Part shown: positions 28,248 through 37,913 of the stretch, piece by piece | Position numbering within the stretch: the first letter of the stretch is position 1 | How the letters are laid out: each line of letters begins with the position of its first letter | Assembly: GCA_965217585.1 (NCBI GenBank) | Contig: OZ244561.1 | Span: 5,536,001 to 5,600,000, forward strand | Source: Candidatus Latescibacterota bacterium | GTDB taxonomy: Bacteria; Latescibacterota; UBA2968; UBA8231 | Reading direction: 5' to 3' | Length of the DNA: 64,000 nt | The notes under the pieces: generated by a model | Told to the model about the DNA's origin: nothing | Database searches by the model: none | The model's input: the letters and a program-made list of their open reading frames with translations, nothing else | Program-made: the position numbers and the translations under genes

Positions 28248-28646
28248 TTAGCCATCGATGCCCAAGGCCCCGACGACTTCCTTGATTCGAGCGAGACGGG
28301 CCGAGGCGTAGTCTGTGGCCTCGTACCGCTGTATCTGTTGCTCCTTCAGTCCGAGACGTTCAGCTAGCTCTTTTTGGCTCAGTCCTTGGGCGATTCGTGC
28401 TTTGATTAGAAGAGTCGGTAGCTCGGCGACGGCCTTGAGTTGATCGAGTTGAAACAGGCCGGCCTTTAGAGATTCATATTCGCGCAACTCCTCTTTCAGA
28501 TCGGCGATCTGGCTGCTCAGGGCCTCGCGCTGCGCCTTAACGATAAGCGGATGCACTCCGTCGGCCTCGCCGAGGCTTTGCAAGGTCTGCGAAAACCGAT
28601 TCGCCTGCGCTTTGGTGAGCCGATATTGCCTTTCGTTCTTGATCAT
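28248..28646 (-). CDS. XRE-family HTH protein (putative antitoxin)
   Basis: MIKNERQYRLTK N-terminus; ARIAQGLSQKELAERLGLKEQQIQRYE; 4-nt overlap with the upstream gene. Confidence 0.88.
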   Translation of the reverse strand: MIKNERQYRLTKAQANRFSQTLQSLGEADGVHPLIVKAQREALSSQIADLKEELREYESLKAGLFQLDQLKAVAELPTLLIKARIAQGLSQKELAERLGLKEQQIQRYEATDYASARLARIKEVVGALGIDG

Positions 28647-29083
28647 TGCAAGTCTCCCAAGTCTATGGCAATAATTCCTTTAGGTCTGCCGGTGTGCTTA
28701 TCTGTTTGGAAGAATTCGTAAAACGACAATCCATTTGGGTCAGCAGTAATTGATGCGGGAAAGAACTCTCCCATGTACTTGGCTTTCTGTGTGGCTCTGC
28801 CAGGATCGAATGTCAAAAGGACGGGATCGAGAGCTGTCGGATCGACACCAATTTCTTCCCAGCAAGCGTCGTAGTCGTTTGGCCTGTTCTTGCTTGTTAC
28901 GAAGCTGCCATTGAGATAGACGGTCCGGCAACCTGCGCTCTTTAGATTTTTCAGTGCCGCTCTAAGACCAGCAATGAGGCGTTGTCTCCAAGGACTACCC
29001 CCGAATCTACTTGTCACCTCGTCCCAACTGGCCCAATATACTCCTAGTGGAAGGATTCCGGTTGCGTCGAACGGAGGTATCAT
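28643..29083 (-). CDS. DUF6932-like protein (nucleotidyltransferase-like; putative toxin)
   Basis: MIPPFD..GILPLG, YLNGSFVTSKNRPNDYD, KGIIAIDL. Confidence 0.7.
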   Translation of the reverse strand: MIPPFDATGILPLGVYWASWDEVTSRFGGSPWRQRLIAGLRAALKNLKSAGCRTVYLNGSFVTSKNRPNDYDACWEEIGVDPTALDPVLLTFDPGRATQKAKYMGEFFPASITADPNGLSFYEFFQTDKHTGRPKGIIAIDLGDLQ

Positions 29084-29141
29084 AACACAACATTATCATT
29101 GTGTTGAAACCTTGTCAAGAGGAGGAGGGGAGAGATACCCG

Positions 29142-29432
29142 ATGAACGAACAGGATGTGCAGATTATCGAACGGGCATGGGCCGAGGACGCAGCAGGCGA
29201 GACGATTTCGGGCGAAGTTGTAAAGGCCATTCTCGCTGGTGAATCGCCCTTGCGCGTGTGGCGGAAGCACCGCGAATTCACGCTGGATGCGCTGGCCGAG
29301 CGAGTAGGTGTCTCAAAAGGGTATCTGTCGCAGATTGAAAACGGACAAAAGCCAGGGACCCTCGGCCTATTCCGCCGACTCGCGGGTGTGCTCAATGTGG
29401 CGCTGGACGAGTTAGCACACCCAACGAACTAA
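29142..29432 (+). CDS. XRE-family HTH protein (orphan antitoxin-like)
   Basis: GESPLRVWRKHREFTLDALAERVGVSKGYLSQIENG; purine-rich RBS region upstream. Confidence 0.85.
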   Translation: MNEQDVQIIERAWAEDAAGETISGEVVKAILAGESPLRVWRKHREFTLDALAERVGVSKGYLSQIENGQKPGTLGLFRRLAGVLNVALDELAHPTN

Positions 29433-29444
29433 TGAAACCCAACC

Positions 29445-29648
29445 ATGAAGACGCCACAGCCTGACCCGATCATCGCTGAAGTCCGGGCCATACGCGACCA
29501 ACACGCAGCTCGGTTTGGTTACGACGTCAAAGCAATTTTCAGAGATATTCAAGCCAAACAAGAGGCTTCTGGCCGCCAGTACGTTAGCTATCCCGCTCGC
29601 CGCACAGTCCCTGAGTCCGACGACCCGATTCAGTCTCGGCGGACATAG
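29445..29648 (+). CDS. Small hypothetical protein (DPIIAEVRAIR...ARFGYD type)
   Basis: 67 aa ORF; I recall this motif next to PIN-domain toxin genes, but none is present here. Confidence 0.6.
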   Translation: MKTPQPDPIIAEVRAIRDQHAARFGYDVKAIFRDIQAKQEASGRQYVSYPARRTVPESDDPIQSRRT

Positions 29649-29956
29649 ACCGTTTTGCCCTCGCGCATCGCGGTAAAAACAAAGGAAAGGGGCGACTGTT
29701 GGGCCTTTTTCATCTCTTCCGGAGTATAGACCAACAAGTCCATAGCGAATGGATAGGGACGTAGCGACTGATAGAGGGCGCGGCTGCGTTTGAAGCGCGG
29801 CAGGTCGCTTGGAGCGATCACGAGTAAATCGACGTCGCTGTGCTCGGTAGCTTCTCCGCGAGCATAGGAGCCGAATAGGACGACCCGTTCGGCATCTGCT
29901 TGGCGGCCAATGTGTTCGGCGACGCGCCGTATTTCTTGCTCTTCAATTTTCTTCAT
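29630..29956 (-). CDS. Minimal nucleotidyltransferase (MNT) domain protein
   Basis: VVLFGSYARGEATEHSDVDLLVI, MDLLVYTPEE. Confidence 0.9.
   Translation of the reverse strand: MKKIEEQEIRRVAEHIGRQADAERVVLFGSYARGEATEHSDVDLLVIAPSDLPRFKRSRALYQSLRPYPFAMDLLVYTPEEMKKAQQSPLSFVFTAMREGKTVYVRRD
29931..29948. repeat. 18-bp exact direct repeat (copy 2), inside the 5' end of the MNT gene
   Basis: Identical to 28223-28240. Confidence 0.85.
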
Positions 29957-29976
29957 TACTATACTCAAACCTCTTC

Positions 29977-31488
29977 CTATCGCGCCTCCGAGCGCAAAAC
30001 CTCCATCTCCAGCGCCATGTCCGGGTCCAGCGGAAAAAAGGGCCGCGTCCGCTGGACAAAGGGCAGGTGCCGCACCGTCGCCGGCGTCGGTCCCGGCGTG
30101 TCGAGCACAAAAACGGCCTGGGTTATGGCTCCGTAGGCGAGGCGATAGTTCATGGGATTCTTGGCGACGATAAAGCGCGCCTGCGCCGCGTCCATCCCTA
30201 GGGCCGCAAACTGCTCGTCATCCCACTCATAGGTCGGATGCGACGCCAACAGCACCTGTATCTGCCCCAGCGCGAGCACCGCCGCCGGCCCCATCTGCCC
30301 TTCGACCCCCTCCCAGATACCACCCCGATAGCGGAAGCGACCATCGCTCAACCGCAACACCCGGCCGCGCACGGCAATCGGCTGTCCCCAACGCGGATCG
30401 TGTCCGTGCCCCAGCGCCAACTCCACCTCGGCCCCAACGCCAGCCTGATGACAGGCCGCAGCCGCGCGGGCATCGACCAAGGGCACCAGCGCCGGACCAT
30501 CCAACTCCGCTTGCATCAGCGCGGCCAGCACAGCCACGCTATCGCCAGCCGCCCCACCGCCGCAGCAGTCCGCAGCTTCCACCAACACCACCGGGCCGCC
30601 TTGGACAGCCAAACCCGCGCGCACGGCATCCGCGGGCGCGTGCATCTCTGGCTCTAAGGCAAAGCGCCGCTCCCAGTACGCTGCAGCCAGCTCGCGGGCG
30701 AGCGCTTCGGCCTTGGCAAAGTCGCCGTCGGCAATCACCAACCCGCCGCTGCCCATACCAGCAAAATCGAGATAGGGATGCACCAAGATCGCGCTCGTCG
30801 AGAGGATTCCATCGCGCTGCTCACCGGCCTTGGCTAAGTCCATCACTTGTGCGAAGGGATCGTCGTCCTCGGTCGAGCCGTGAATGGCCCCGGTGAGCAC
30901 CGGCACCTTGGCCATGGCCATCGCGGGTTTGCACGCGCCAGCGAGCACGTCGCACAGCAGGCGCGCCCCGCGCTCGCCCGTGGAAAAAGCGTCGCGATGC
31001 GGATAGGTTTCCCAAGCTACCAAGCCGTCAGCAGCGCGCATCATCTGCGCGGAAATATGGGCGTGCAAATCGAGCGTGGCGACAATGGGCACGGCGTCGC
31101 CGACCACCGCCCGCACCGCAGCCAGCAAATCCCCTTCCAAATCGACGCCACCCTCCACCGCCGCCGCTCCGTGCAGCGGCATGAGGACGCCATCTACCGG
31201 GAGCGCCGCGTTGAGCCGCGCCAAAAGCTCTTCCTTGAGCGGGTCGTAACAAGCCCGCGTCAGCGGCCCACCGGGACAGGTGCTGGCAAACAACAAGGGT
31301 GCGACTTCCACGCCGCGCGCCGCCAGCACGCTGAGCATACCGCCGGCCACTCCGTCTTCGGCTGCGAGCACCTCGCGCCCGCGCCGCAACTCATAGCGCT
31401 CAAACCACGACAGATCAATCGGCTCGCCGCCGAATTGATTGCACTCGGTAAAAATGGCCCCTAGGGCTACGCGATGTTTGTCGGTCAT
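29977..31488 (-). CDS. MlrC/M81-family metallopeptidase
   Basis: IFTECNQF, LHGA, TLDLHAH, TYPHRD, ADCCGGGAAGDS, DTPGPT. Confidence 0.9.
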   Translation of the reverse strand: MTDKHRVALGAIFTECNQFGGEPIDLSWFERYELRRGREVLAAEDGVAGGMLSVLAARGVEVAPLLFASTCPGGPLTRACYDPLKEELLARLNAALPVDGVLMPLHGAAAVEGGVDLEGDLLAAVRAVVGDAVPIVATLDLHAHISAQMMRAADGLVAWETYPHRDAFSTGERGARLLCDVLAGACKPAMAMAKVPVLTGAIHGSTEDDDPFAQVMDLAKAGEQRDGILSTSAILVHPYLDFAGMGSGGLVIADGDFAKAEALARELAAAYWERRFALEPEMHAPADAVRAGLAVQGGPVVLVEAADCCGGGAAGDSVAVLAALMQAELDGPALVPLVDARAAAACHQAGVGAEVELALGHGHDPRWGQPIAVRGRVLRLSDGRFRYRGGIWEGVEGQMGPAAVLALGQIQVLLASHPTYEWDDEQFAALGMDAAQARFIVAKNPMNYRLAYGAITQAVFVLDTPGPTPATVRHLPFVQRTRPFFPLDPDMALEMEVLRSEAR

Positions 31489-31604
31489 TGTGATTAGTTG
31501 GTTGGTGGAGTGGAGTTGTGAAACCGCTTCTAATATAGCCAGACTAGAAATGACCGGCGAATTGGCTTGCGTCCGTCTCTCGTAGGGGCTACAATCGGCG
31601 GGCA

Positions 31605-31799
31605 ATGGATATTGTTTGGGAGTACCTCACCGACCTCCAAGGCCGCGGTTCGACCTACGCTATCGCCGCGTTGCTCGGCCTCGTCTGGTGGGTGGGCCGG
31701 AGTTTCGTCCGCCTCTACCGCCAGGCGACCAGCGGGGCCGACCGCTTAGAACGCCCCAAAGAAGAGGAGCGCCCGCGTCGGCGCTTGCCGCTCGATTAA
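31605..31799 (+). CDS. Small single-TM hypothetical protein
   Basis: Hydrophobic YAIAALLGLVWWVG; abuts the next ATG. Confidence 0.6.
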   Translation: MDIVWEYLTDLQGRGSTYAIAALLGLVWWVGRSFVRLYRQATSGADRLERPKEEERPRRRLPLD

Positions 31800-32975
31800 A
31801 TGCAGCCAGACCACTTCGCCGCCTGGCACGACGAGGATCTCGTCCGCGCCCTCACCCTAGAACGTGCCAACTATCAGGACCCCTACCTAGCCAGCGTCGC
31901 CGCCGAACTGGCACGCCGCAACGTCGATCCCCAAGCCTTCATCGACCAAGTCGAAGTCCGCTACCATGCAGACGCCTCCGCAACCTGCACCATCGCCCAA
32001 GCCCTCGCAAAAGCCAGCGAAGAATTGCCGCTGTGGCATCTGCTGGCCTTTACCCGCTACTTCGGCGATACCCTCGTCGTCCAGCGCGAGCTGCGCTCCT
32101 GGCTGGTGAACGTTTATCGGGGCGAGGAGTATGCCTTCTCCTTCTTCGTCGCCGAGGGCCAGTCCCTACAAGACCTGCTGCGCCGTTTCCTAACCCTAGC
32201 GGATTGGGGCCACCTCGCGGGCACAACCTATCAGCTCGATAGCTGGCAGCCCCTCCTCCGTACCCGCTCACCCCGCTACGTGCAAAAAATCGCCACGGCC
32301 CTAGCCGACGAGGGACTGCCCTGCACCGTCCAGACCCCGGTCCTGAGCCGCGACCCGCGCGGCCAGTTAATCCTGCTGGTCCCCGACCCCGCCCCGGCGG
32401 CCATCGCGGTCCTGCACAAGGTGGAAGACCACCTCAGCACCCTCCGCGACCAAGCCACTGCCGCCTTTGCGGCAAACGACCGCGACCGCGAGCTAGCCAT
32501 CTACGCCGAGCTTGTCGCCTACGGGCTGAACAACCCGGCCATCTACTACAACCTGGCCAGCGCACTCGCCGAAGCCGGGCGCTACGCCGAGGCCGCCACC
32601 GCCTTTGTCGAAGCCGCATCCCTGAGCCTTGTCGCGCTCGACATCCAGGTCCCGTTCCAGTCCCGCCGGGGCGCCGGGGGGCTAGGGGGGATTTTCGGGA
32701 TGGCGGGGACGTTGATCTCGGCGCTCAAACCGGACGAGAAGACGCCAACAGATGAGCAGCGCGAGGTCCCCGATTACATCGAAGACATTGAGCTACAGCT
32801 TGCACATCTACTCAAACGCCTACCCCAAGACCTCAACATCCTCCACGCCCTAGCCGCCATCGCCGCCATCCGCCACGACGTCCCCCGCGCCCGCGAACAC
32901 TACCGGCAAATCACAGAGATCAACCCCGCCGACGAAACGGCTAAGCGCTACTTGGCCGAACAGGCGGGCGAGTAG
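31800..32975 (+). CDS. Hypothetical protein with C-terminal TPR-like motifs
   Basis: IYYNLASALAEAGRYAEAATAF; AREHYRQITEINP. Confidence 0.7.
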   Translation: MQPDHFAAWHDEDLVRALTLERANYQDPYLASVAAELARRNVDPQAFIDQVEVRYHADASATCTIAQALAKASEELPLWHLLAFTRYFGDTLVVQRELRSWLVNVYRGEEYAFSFFVAEGQSLQDLLRRFLTLADWGHLAGTTYQLDSWQPLLRTRSPRYVQKIATALADEGLPCTVQTPVLSRDPRGQLILLVPDPAPAAIAVLHKVEDHLSTLRDQATAAFAANDRDRELAIYAELVAYGLNNPAIYYNLASALAEAGRYAEAATAFVEAASLSLVALDIQVPFQSRRGAGGLGGIFGMAGTLISALKPDEKTPTDEQREVPDYIEDIELQLAHLLKRLPQDLNILHALAAIAAIRHDVPRAREHYRQITEINPADETAKRYLAEQAGE

Positions 32976-33024
32976 AATTATAGAAAACTGGAGAAGAGTG
33001 ATGGCCGCGAACTCGTCCCGCCGT

Positions 33025-34101
33025 CTACCAAGACAACGGCTCGAATCCCATGCGCTGCGTCAGCTTGCGCGCGGCTTGCGCCACCTGCGGATGCGGGTCG
33101 TAGAGCGCGGCCTCAAAGCTGTCGCGATGCGTGCGCGGGTCGAGGCGGTCGAGGAACTTGGCCGCGCTCAGTCGCACGTGCGGCACCGGGTCGGTCAGGC
33201 CGCGCCAAAACCACTTTGGGGCCTCTTCCCCGCTGCGCAGGACGAGCACTTCAATGGCCGCGCCGCGCACCGCCTTGTGCTCGCTCGCCGCATACGGAGC
33301 CAGCACCTCCGACTGAATGTCCTCGCAGCGCCGCATCACCTTGAGGATGCCGACCGCGCTTTGCGGATGGTCCTCGCCGAGCAGCAATACGCACCACTCA
33401 AACAGGTCCGGGTCGGCTAAGTCGGCCAAAAGCTGTAGGCCGCGCACCTGCCGCTGCGGCTTGTCCGAGTCCAAACAAGCGATGGCCTCTTCCTCGCGGC
33501 GATCGGCGGGCGCTGCACTTTCGAACGCAGCCTGCTGCGCCTCAGCTTCCCGCGCCACCTTGGGCCAGACCCGCAAGTGCTCAAAGTCGATCTCCACCTC
33601 GGCAAAGCGGTCGGGGAGCCACTGTGCGGCGCGGGCGAGCAGCTCCTTCTCGCCGATCCGCGCATGGGGCTGGGTCGCTAGCCTGTTATCGATCCAGCGG
33701 GCCAAGCGCAAGACGCCCTCGTGGCGAGCGCTGACGCCTTTGTGCGCCTTGACGCCCAACACGGCGTTGATCCAGCGGGCGATCTCCTCGGCACTTTCCG
33801 GGATTCCCAGCCCGTAGTGGCTGCGCAGCGAGGACGCGGGAATGTCTCCGTTGATCGAGATGACCCCGCCGCTTTCGCGCACCTGCTTACTGCCGTAGCG
33901 CTGACGCAAGGTTTTCAAGTCCACATCTACGGCCAGCACGATGGGGCGATCCCGCGTGTGCCGCGATTTGGCGTGTGCCCGCTGCTTGGCGTAACTCTTG
34001 CTCCGCGAAAGCCACACTCGCCGCGAGGGCGACCGCGGCTGAAAGCCGTCGCGGGCGATCTGGTGCGCGGCGTGTCGCGTCGTGCCGTGATAGACGATCA
34101 T
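33025..34101 (-). CDS. ART/Tpt1(KptA)-like N-terminal domain fused to HEAT repeats
   Basis: VYHGTT...IARDGFQP...RVWLS...PIVLAVD...GGVISINGDIP; C-terminal GLTDPVPHVRLSAA and ALYDPHPQVAQAA. Confidence 0.7.
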   Translation of the reverse strand: MIVYHGTTRHAAHQIARDGFQPRSPSRRVWLSRSKSYAKQRAHAKSRHTRDRPIVLAVDVDLKTLRQRYGSKQVRESGGVISINGDIPASSLRSHYGLGIPESAEEIARWINAVLGVKAHKGVSARHEGVLRLARWIDNRLATQPHARIGEKELLARAAQWLPDRFAEVEIDFEHLRVWPKVAREAEAQQAAFESAAPADRREEEAIACLDSDKPQRQVRGLQLLADLADPDLFEWCVLLLGEDHPQSAVGILKVMRRCEDIQSEVLAPYAASEHKAVRGAAIEVLVLRSGEEAPKWFWRGLTDPVPHVRLSAAKFLDRLDPRTHRDSFEAALYDPHPQVAQAARKLTQRMGFEPLSW

Positions 34102-34157
34102 AATGGACCTCCTGACAATCGCGCCCTACTCGGACGCCTGTGGCCAGAATGGCGTTC

Positions 34158-35060
34158 TCACTTCACAATGTCAAGTTTTTCATCCGATTCTCGCGTGCAG
34201 CGAACCAAGCAGCGCAACTCGGCGAGCGGATCGGTTGGGCAGTTCCTTTGATACGTGCGCACCCGCTCCAGCCACGCGGCCTCCCAGTCGCCGCCCTGAT
34301 AGCGGTGCAACGTCGCCAAGGCACCTACGGCTGCGGCTTGGATGGCCCCCGGCTTTTCCGCGCTCCACACGCCAGCATTGCACGCGCTGCGGATGCCGCC
34401 GTCGGCCGGGTCCCAAGCCGCCTTTACGTGTTGGCGCAGGTAGCGACCCGCCAAGGCGATAAGGTGCGTCTCGCCTCGATGGCTAGCCTCGTCCAACACC
34501 GCCGTCAGCGCGGCGAGGGCCGCCTCGCTGTGTACATAGGCTCCCCAGTGATCGTCAAAGCGGAAGAAGTCGCGGCGCACGGCAAAGAGCAACAGCCCCG
34601 AGTCCGGATGGTAGTGGTAGTTCAAGATGGCGGCTACGGCGCGGGCAGCCGCTATTTGCAGTTCGCGGTCGGCGCGGGCGTACAAAAGGCACGTACACAC
34701 GCTTAGCACCTGCGCCCAGTCATTGAGGCAACGCGTCCCCTTGGGCATGGACTCACCGACGTAATCTGCCGCGTCGCAACGCGCCAGGCTTTGCAGCACA
34801 AGCGTCCGCGCCCGTTCCCAATATCCACAGACCGCCAGCCCCTCGGCCAACGCAAGGGAGTCGCAGACCGCAGCCCCGTCGCACTCGCTACGTCCTCTGC
34901 CCTCGGCCACCTGCTCGGCCAGCATCCGGTAGCGCGACTGATCCTGCAAATGCGCCAGTGCCCACAACAATTGGCCGTCCCGGAGCGCACTCGCACCCGT
35001 GCCGCCTGTCAACAGCGCCTCGACGGACTTGGCGGCCACCTCGGCGATCCGCTCGGCCAT
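34158..35060 (-). CDS. Hypothetical helical protein, possibly degenerate AGE-epimerase/(alpha/alpha)6-like
   Basis: AWDPADGGI, W..RV..Y features; downstream of an epimerase gene. Confidence 0.45.
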   Translation of the reverse strand: MAERIAEVAAKSVEALLTGGTGASALRDGQLLWALAHLQDQSRYRMLAEQVAEGRGRSECDGAAVCDSLALAEGLAVCGYWERARTLVLQSLARCDAADYVGESMPKGTRCLNDWAQVLSVCTCLLYARADRELQIAAARAVAAILNYHYHPDSGLLLFAVRRDFFRFDDHWGAYVHSEAALAALTAVLDEASHRGETHLIALAGRYLRQHVKAAWDPADGGIRSACNAGVWSAEKPGAIQAAAVGALATLHRYQGGDWEAAWLERVRTYQRNCPTDPLAELRCLVRCTRESDEKLDIVK

Positions 35061-35062
35061 TG

Positions 35063-36064
35063 CTAAAACTGCCCGCTGCGGGATTCGTATCCGGTCGGTT
35101 TGCCCAAGCTCGGACCGCCGGCCATGACCCACTCGGCCACCGCGTGCAGTATCTGTTCCGGGCCGACGCGCGGGCGGCCAAATTCCGCGCACAAGCGCTG
35201 GCTATTGCCCAAGAGGGCGTCTGGGGCTTCCGCGCCCGTAAAGCGGGGCGTCTTGCCCATGATCTTCCCTAGCTGTTCGGCTAACTCGCGCACGGATAAG
35301 GTCTCTGGACCGGTCAGGTTGATAATGTCGGCCGGGCTGTGGCACAAGGGGAAGAAGCGGCACAGATAGGCGTTGGCGTCGCCCTGCCAAATTTGGTTGA
35401 CGTACCCCATAGTCAGATCAATCGGCTCTTGCTGCCATACCTTATCGGCCAGATCGCGGATGATGCCGTAGCGCGGCTCGGTGGCGTAAAACAGCCGCAC
35501 AATCAGCAAGGGCGTCCCCCGCACCCGCGACGCGTACTGGGCGACCCGCTCCCCGCCCAAGCGCGATTGGGCGTATTCGCCCACCGGACCCAAGGCCCCA
35601 CCTTCGTCCGCCCCCGCCCCTGGGGCCTTGGCATACGCGTACACGTTGCCGGAACTCACATAGACGATCCGCGACTGTGCGTAGCGCGCCATCACCGCGC
35701 TGGGCAATGCAGTGTTCATCGCCCAAGTCGCATCCTCATTGCCAGTGGCACCAAACTTAAACCCAGCGAGCAAGAGGACGTTGGGCGCATCGGGCAGCTC
35801 CTTCAGCGCCTCTTCAGCTAGCAGGTCACAGGCGATGGTTTGCACGCCGATGTCCTCCAAGTAGCGCCGCTTTTCCGCATCCCCAAAGCGCGCCACCCCC
35901 ACCACCTGCTGCGCCCCGGCCCGCACCAACAGCTCGGCCAAGGTCGGTCCCATTTTGCCGCTGACCCCCAGCAGCAGGATCGGTCCGTCCAACTGGCGCA
36001 CGGCCTCCACGACTTCGGGCGTCGGGGTTGTCATGTCGTCTATGAGCGCGGCTTCGCTGACCAT
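35063..36064 (-). CDS. NAD-dependent epimerase/dehydratase
   Basis: LLGVSGKMG, SSGNVY, YAQSRLGGE, NQIWQGDAN. Confidence 0.85.
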   Translation of the reverse strand: MVSEAALIDDMTTPTPEVVEAVRQLDGPILLLGVSGKMGPTLAELLVRAGAQQVVGVARFGDAEKRRYLEDIGVQTIACDLLAEEALKELPDAPNVLLLAGFKFGATGNEDATWAMNTALPSAVMARYAQSRIVYVSSGNVYAYAKAPGAGADEGGALGPVGEYAQSRLGGERVAQYASRVRGTPLLIVRLFYATEPRYGIIRDLADKVWQQEPIDLTMGYVNQIWQGDANAYLCRFFPLCHSPADIINLTGPETLSVRELAEQLGKIMGKTPRFTGAEAPDALLGNSQRLCAEFGRPRVGPEQILHAVAEWVMAGGPSLGKPTGYESRSGQF

Positions 36065-36066
36065 TT

Positions 36067-37020
36067 TTACCTCTCTTTCACGCATTGCACGCCCTCGGCG
36101 GCGAGGCCGAGGACCAAGGTTCGCGCGGCAATCCCCTCTTTGGCCCACGCTTTCTGCATGGCCCCAGCCACCTCTGCACTTTGGCCGCTGACCAGCGCCA
36201 ACGCGGTCGGCCCGGCCCCGCTCAAAGCCGCGCCCAACGCCCCAGCCGCTGTGGCCGCCTCCAACACCGCCTCCATCCCCGGTACCAGTACCGTGCGATA
36301 GGGCTGGTGCAACCGATCTTGCATCCCGGTCTTCAGTAGGCTGTAGTCGCCCCGTTGCAGCGCCGCCACCAACAAGCCGACGCGCCCGGCGTTAAATATC
36401 GCGTCCCGCCGTTCAACCTGCTCCGGCAGCACGCTCCGCGACTTAGGCGTGGGCAGGGGAAAATCCGGTATGGCCACGACCGCGGCCAAATCCCTCGGCG
36501 GCTCGATCCGCGCCCACGCAACCTCCTCGCCGTCCAAGGCCGCGATGACGATCCCTCCCAACGCGCAGGGCGCGACATTGTCCGGGTGCCCCTCCACAGC
36601 CACGCCCTGCCGCAAGATTTCCTCCCGATCCAGCCCTATCCCGCATAGCTCGGTTCCGGCGGCCAACCCGGCGATCAGGGCCGCCGAGCTGCTGCCCAGC
36701 CCACTGGCCAGCGGAATCTGGCTGTCGATCGCCAAGCGCAGCCGCCCGGGCGTCTGGCCGGCCCGCGCATAGGCGCGCACCACCCCCTGATACACGGCGT
36801 TGCGCTCGTCCAAGGGCACGCTCGCGCTCCCCTCGCCCGTAGCCGCGATTTCCAAGCCCTCGCCCTCTTCTTCGTCCACCGCCAAATCCATGTACAATTC
36901 CAGCGCCAGTCCCAAGCAATCAAAGCCCGCTCCGAGATTCGCCGACGTGGCCGGTGCGCGCACTCTCACCTGTTTCACTGGCGGCGTGGCTGCCTTGTCC
37001 ATGGAGGATATCTTAGCCAT
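36067..37020 (-). CDS. thrB: Homoserine kinase
   Basis: PATSANLGAGFDCLG, IPLASGLGSS, EGHPDNV, DRLHQPYR, LSGAGPT. Confidence 0.95.
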   Translation of the reverse strand: MAKISSMDKAATPPVKQVRVRAPATSANLGAGFDCLGLALELYMDLAVDEEEGEGLEIAATGEGSASVPLDERNAVYQGVVRAYARAGQTPGRLRLAIDSQIPLASGLGSSSAALIAGLAAGTELCGIGLDREEILRQGVAVEGHPDNVAPCALGGIVIAALDGEEVAWARIEPPRDLAAVVAIPDFPLPTPKSRSVLPEQVERRDAIFNAGRVGLLVAALQRGDYSLLKTGMQDRLHQPYRTVLVPGMEAVLEAATAAGALGAALSGAGPTALALVSGQSAEVAGAMQKAWAKEGIAARTLVLGLAAEGVQCVKER

Positions 37021-37054
37021 TTTTACTTAAACCTCATTCCAACCCGATAAAACT

Positions 37055-37897
37055 ATGCGTATCGACTCTCATCTGCACGTCTTCGCCCGCCCCAGCGCCG
37101 AGTTCCCGCGCGAAATCACCGCGAGCATGCCCGCCGAGCGCGAAGCCCCCGTCGAGGATCTATTAGCGCACATGGCTGACCACGCCATCGACAAGGCCGT
37201 ACTCGTGCAAACCGGCGGCACCAGCCTCGCGCACCACGCCTATTTACAACACTGCCTGCGCACCTATCCCGACCGTTTCTTGGGTATCGGCTTGATACCG
37301 CCCGACGCGGACGCGCCCGCCGACCACATGGATCGCCTCGCTGAAGACGGCTCGATCATCGGCTTCCGGCTCCGCTCACTCGGCGACTTTTCTCGTCCTA
37401 TATGGGAACACGCCGCCCGCCAAGACTACGTGCTCTGGCTCTACCTGCGTGCTCCCTCTGCCCCGCTGGTGCCCCAGTTCCTCACCGCCTTTCCCCAAGT
37501 GCGCGTCGTGATCAATCACCTCATGGTTTGCCCACGCGAAGATCGATTTACTTGGGATGCCAAAGGCCGCCCGCAGATCGACGTGGAGATGCCGCCGCCG
37601 ACCGGGTTCCTCGGCCCCGCGCCCGATTCGCCCAACGTCTGCGTCCACCTGTCGGGTCAATACGCCATGGGCAAGGCGGCCTATCCCTATCCCGACTTAG
37701 CCGCTTGGCACCGCAGCCTGCTGTCCGCTTTTGGTGCCGAACGCCTGCTGTGGGCTTCGGATTTTCCCTGGATTGTAGCCGACCCCGGCTACGGCGAATG
37801 CGTCGAGGTCCTCGACCACCTTTTGCCCGATTTGAGCAGCGATCAGCGCCAGCTCATCATGGGCGAGACTGCACGGCGTTTCCTCGGCTTTCGCTGA
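37055..37897 (+). CDS. Amidohydrolase family 2 protein
   Basis: IDSHLHVF, FGAERLLWASDFPW. Confidence 0.88.
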   Translation: MRIDSHLHVFARPSAEFPREITASMPAEREAPVEDLLAHMADHAIDKAVLVQTGGTSLAHHAYLQHCLRTYPDRFLGIGLIPPDADAPADHMDRLAEDGSIIGFRLRSLGDFSRPIWEHAARQDYVLWLYLRAPSAPLVPQFLTAFPQVRVVINHLMVCPREDRFTWDAKGRPQIDVEMPPPTGFLGPAPDSPNVCVHLSGQYAMGKAAYPYPDLAAWHRSLLSAFGAERLLWASDFPWIVADPGYGECVEVLDHLLPDLSSDQRQLIMGETARRFLGFR

Positions 37898-37913
37898 CGG
37901 AAGTGCATAAAAA

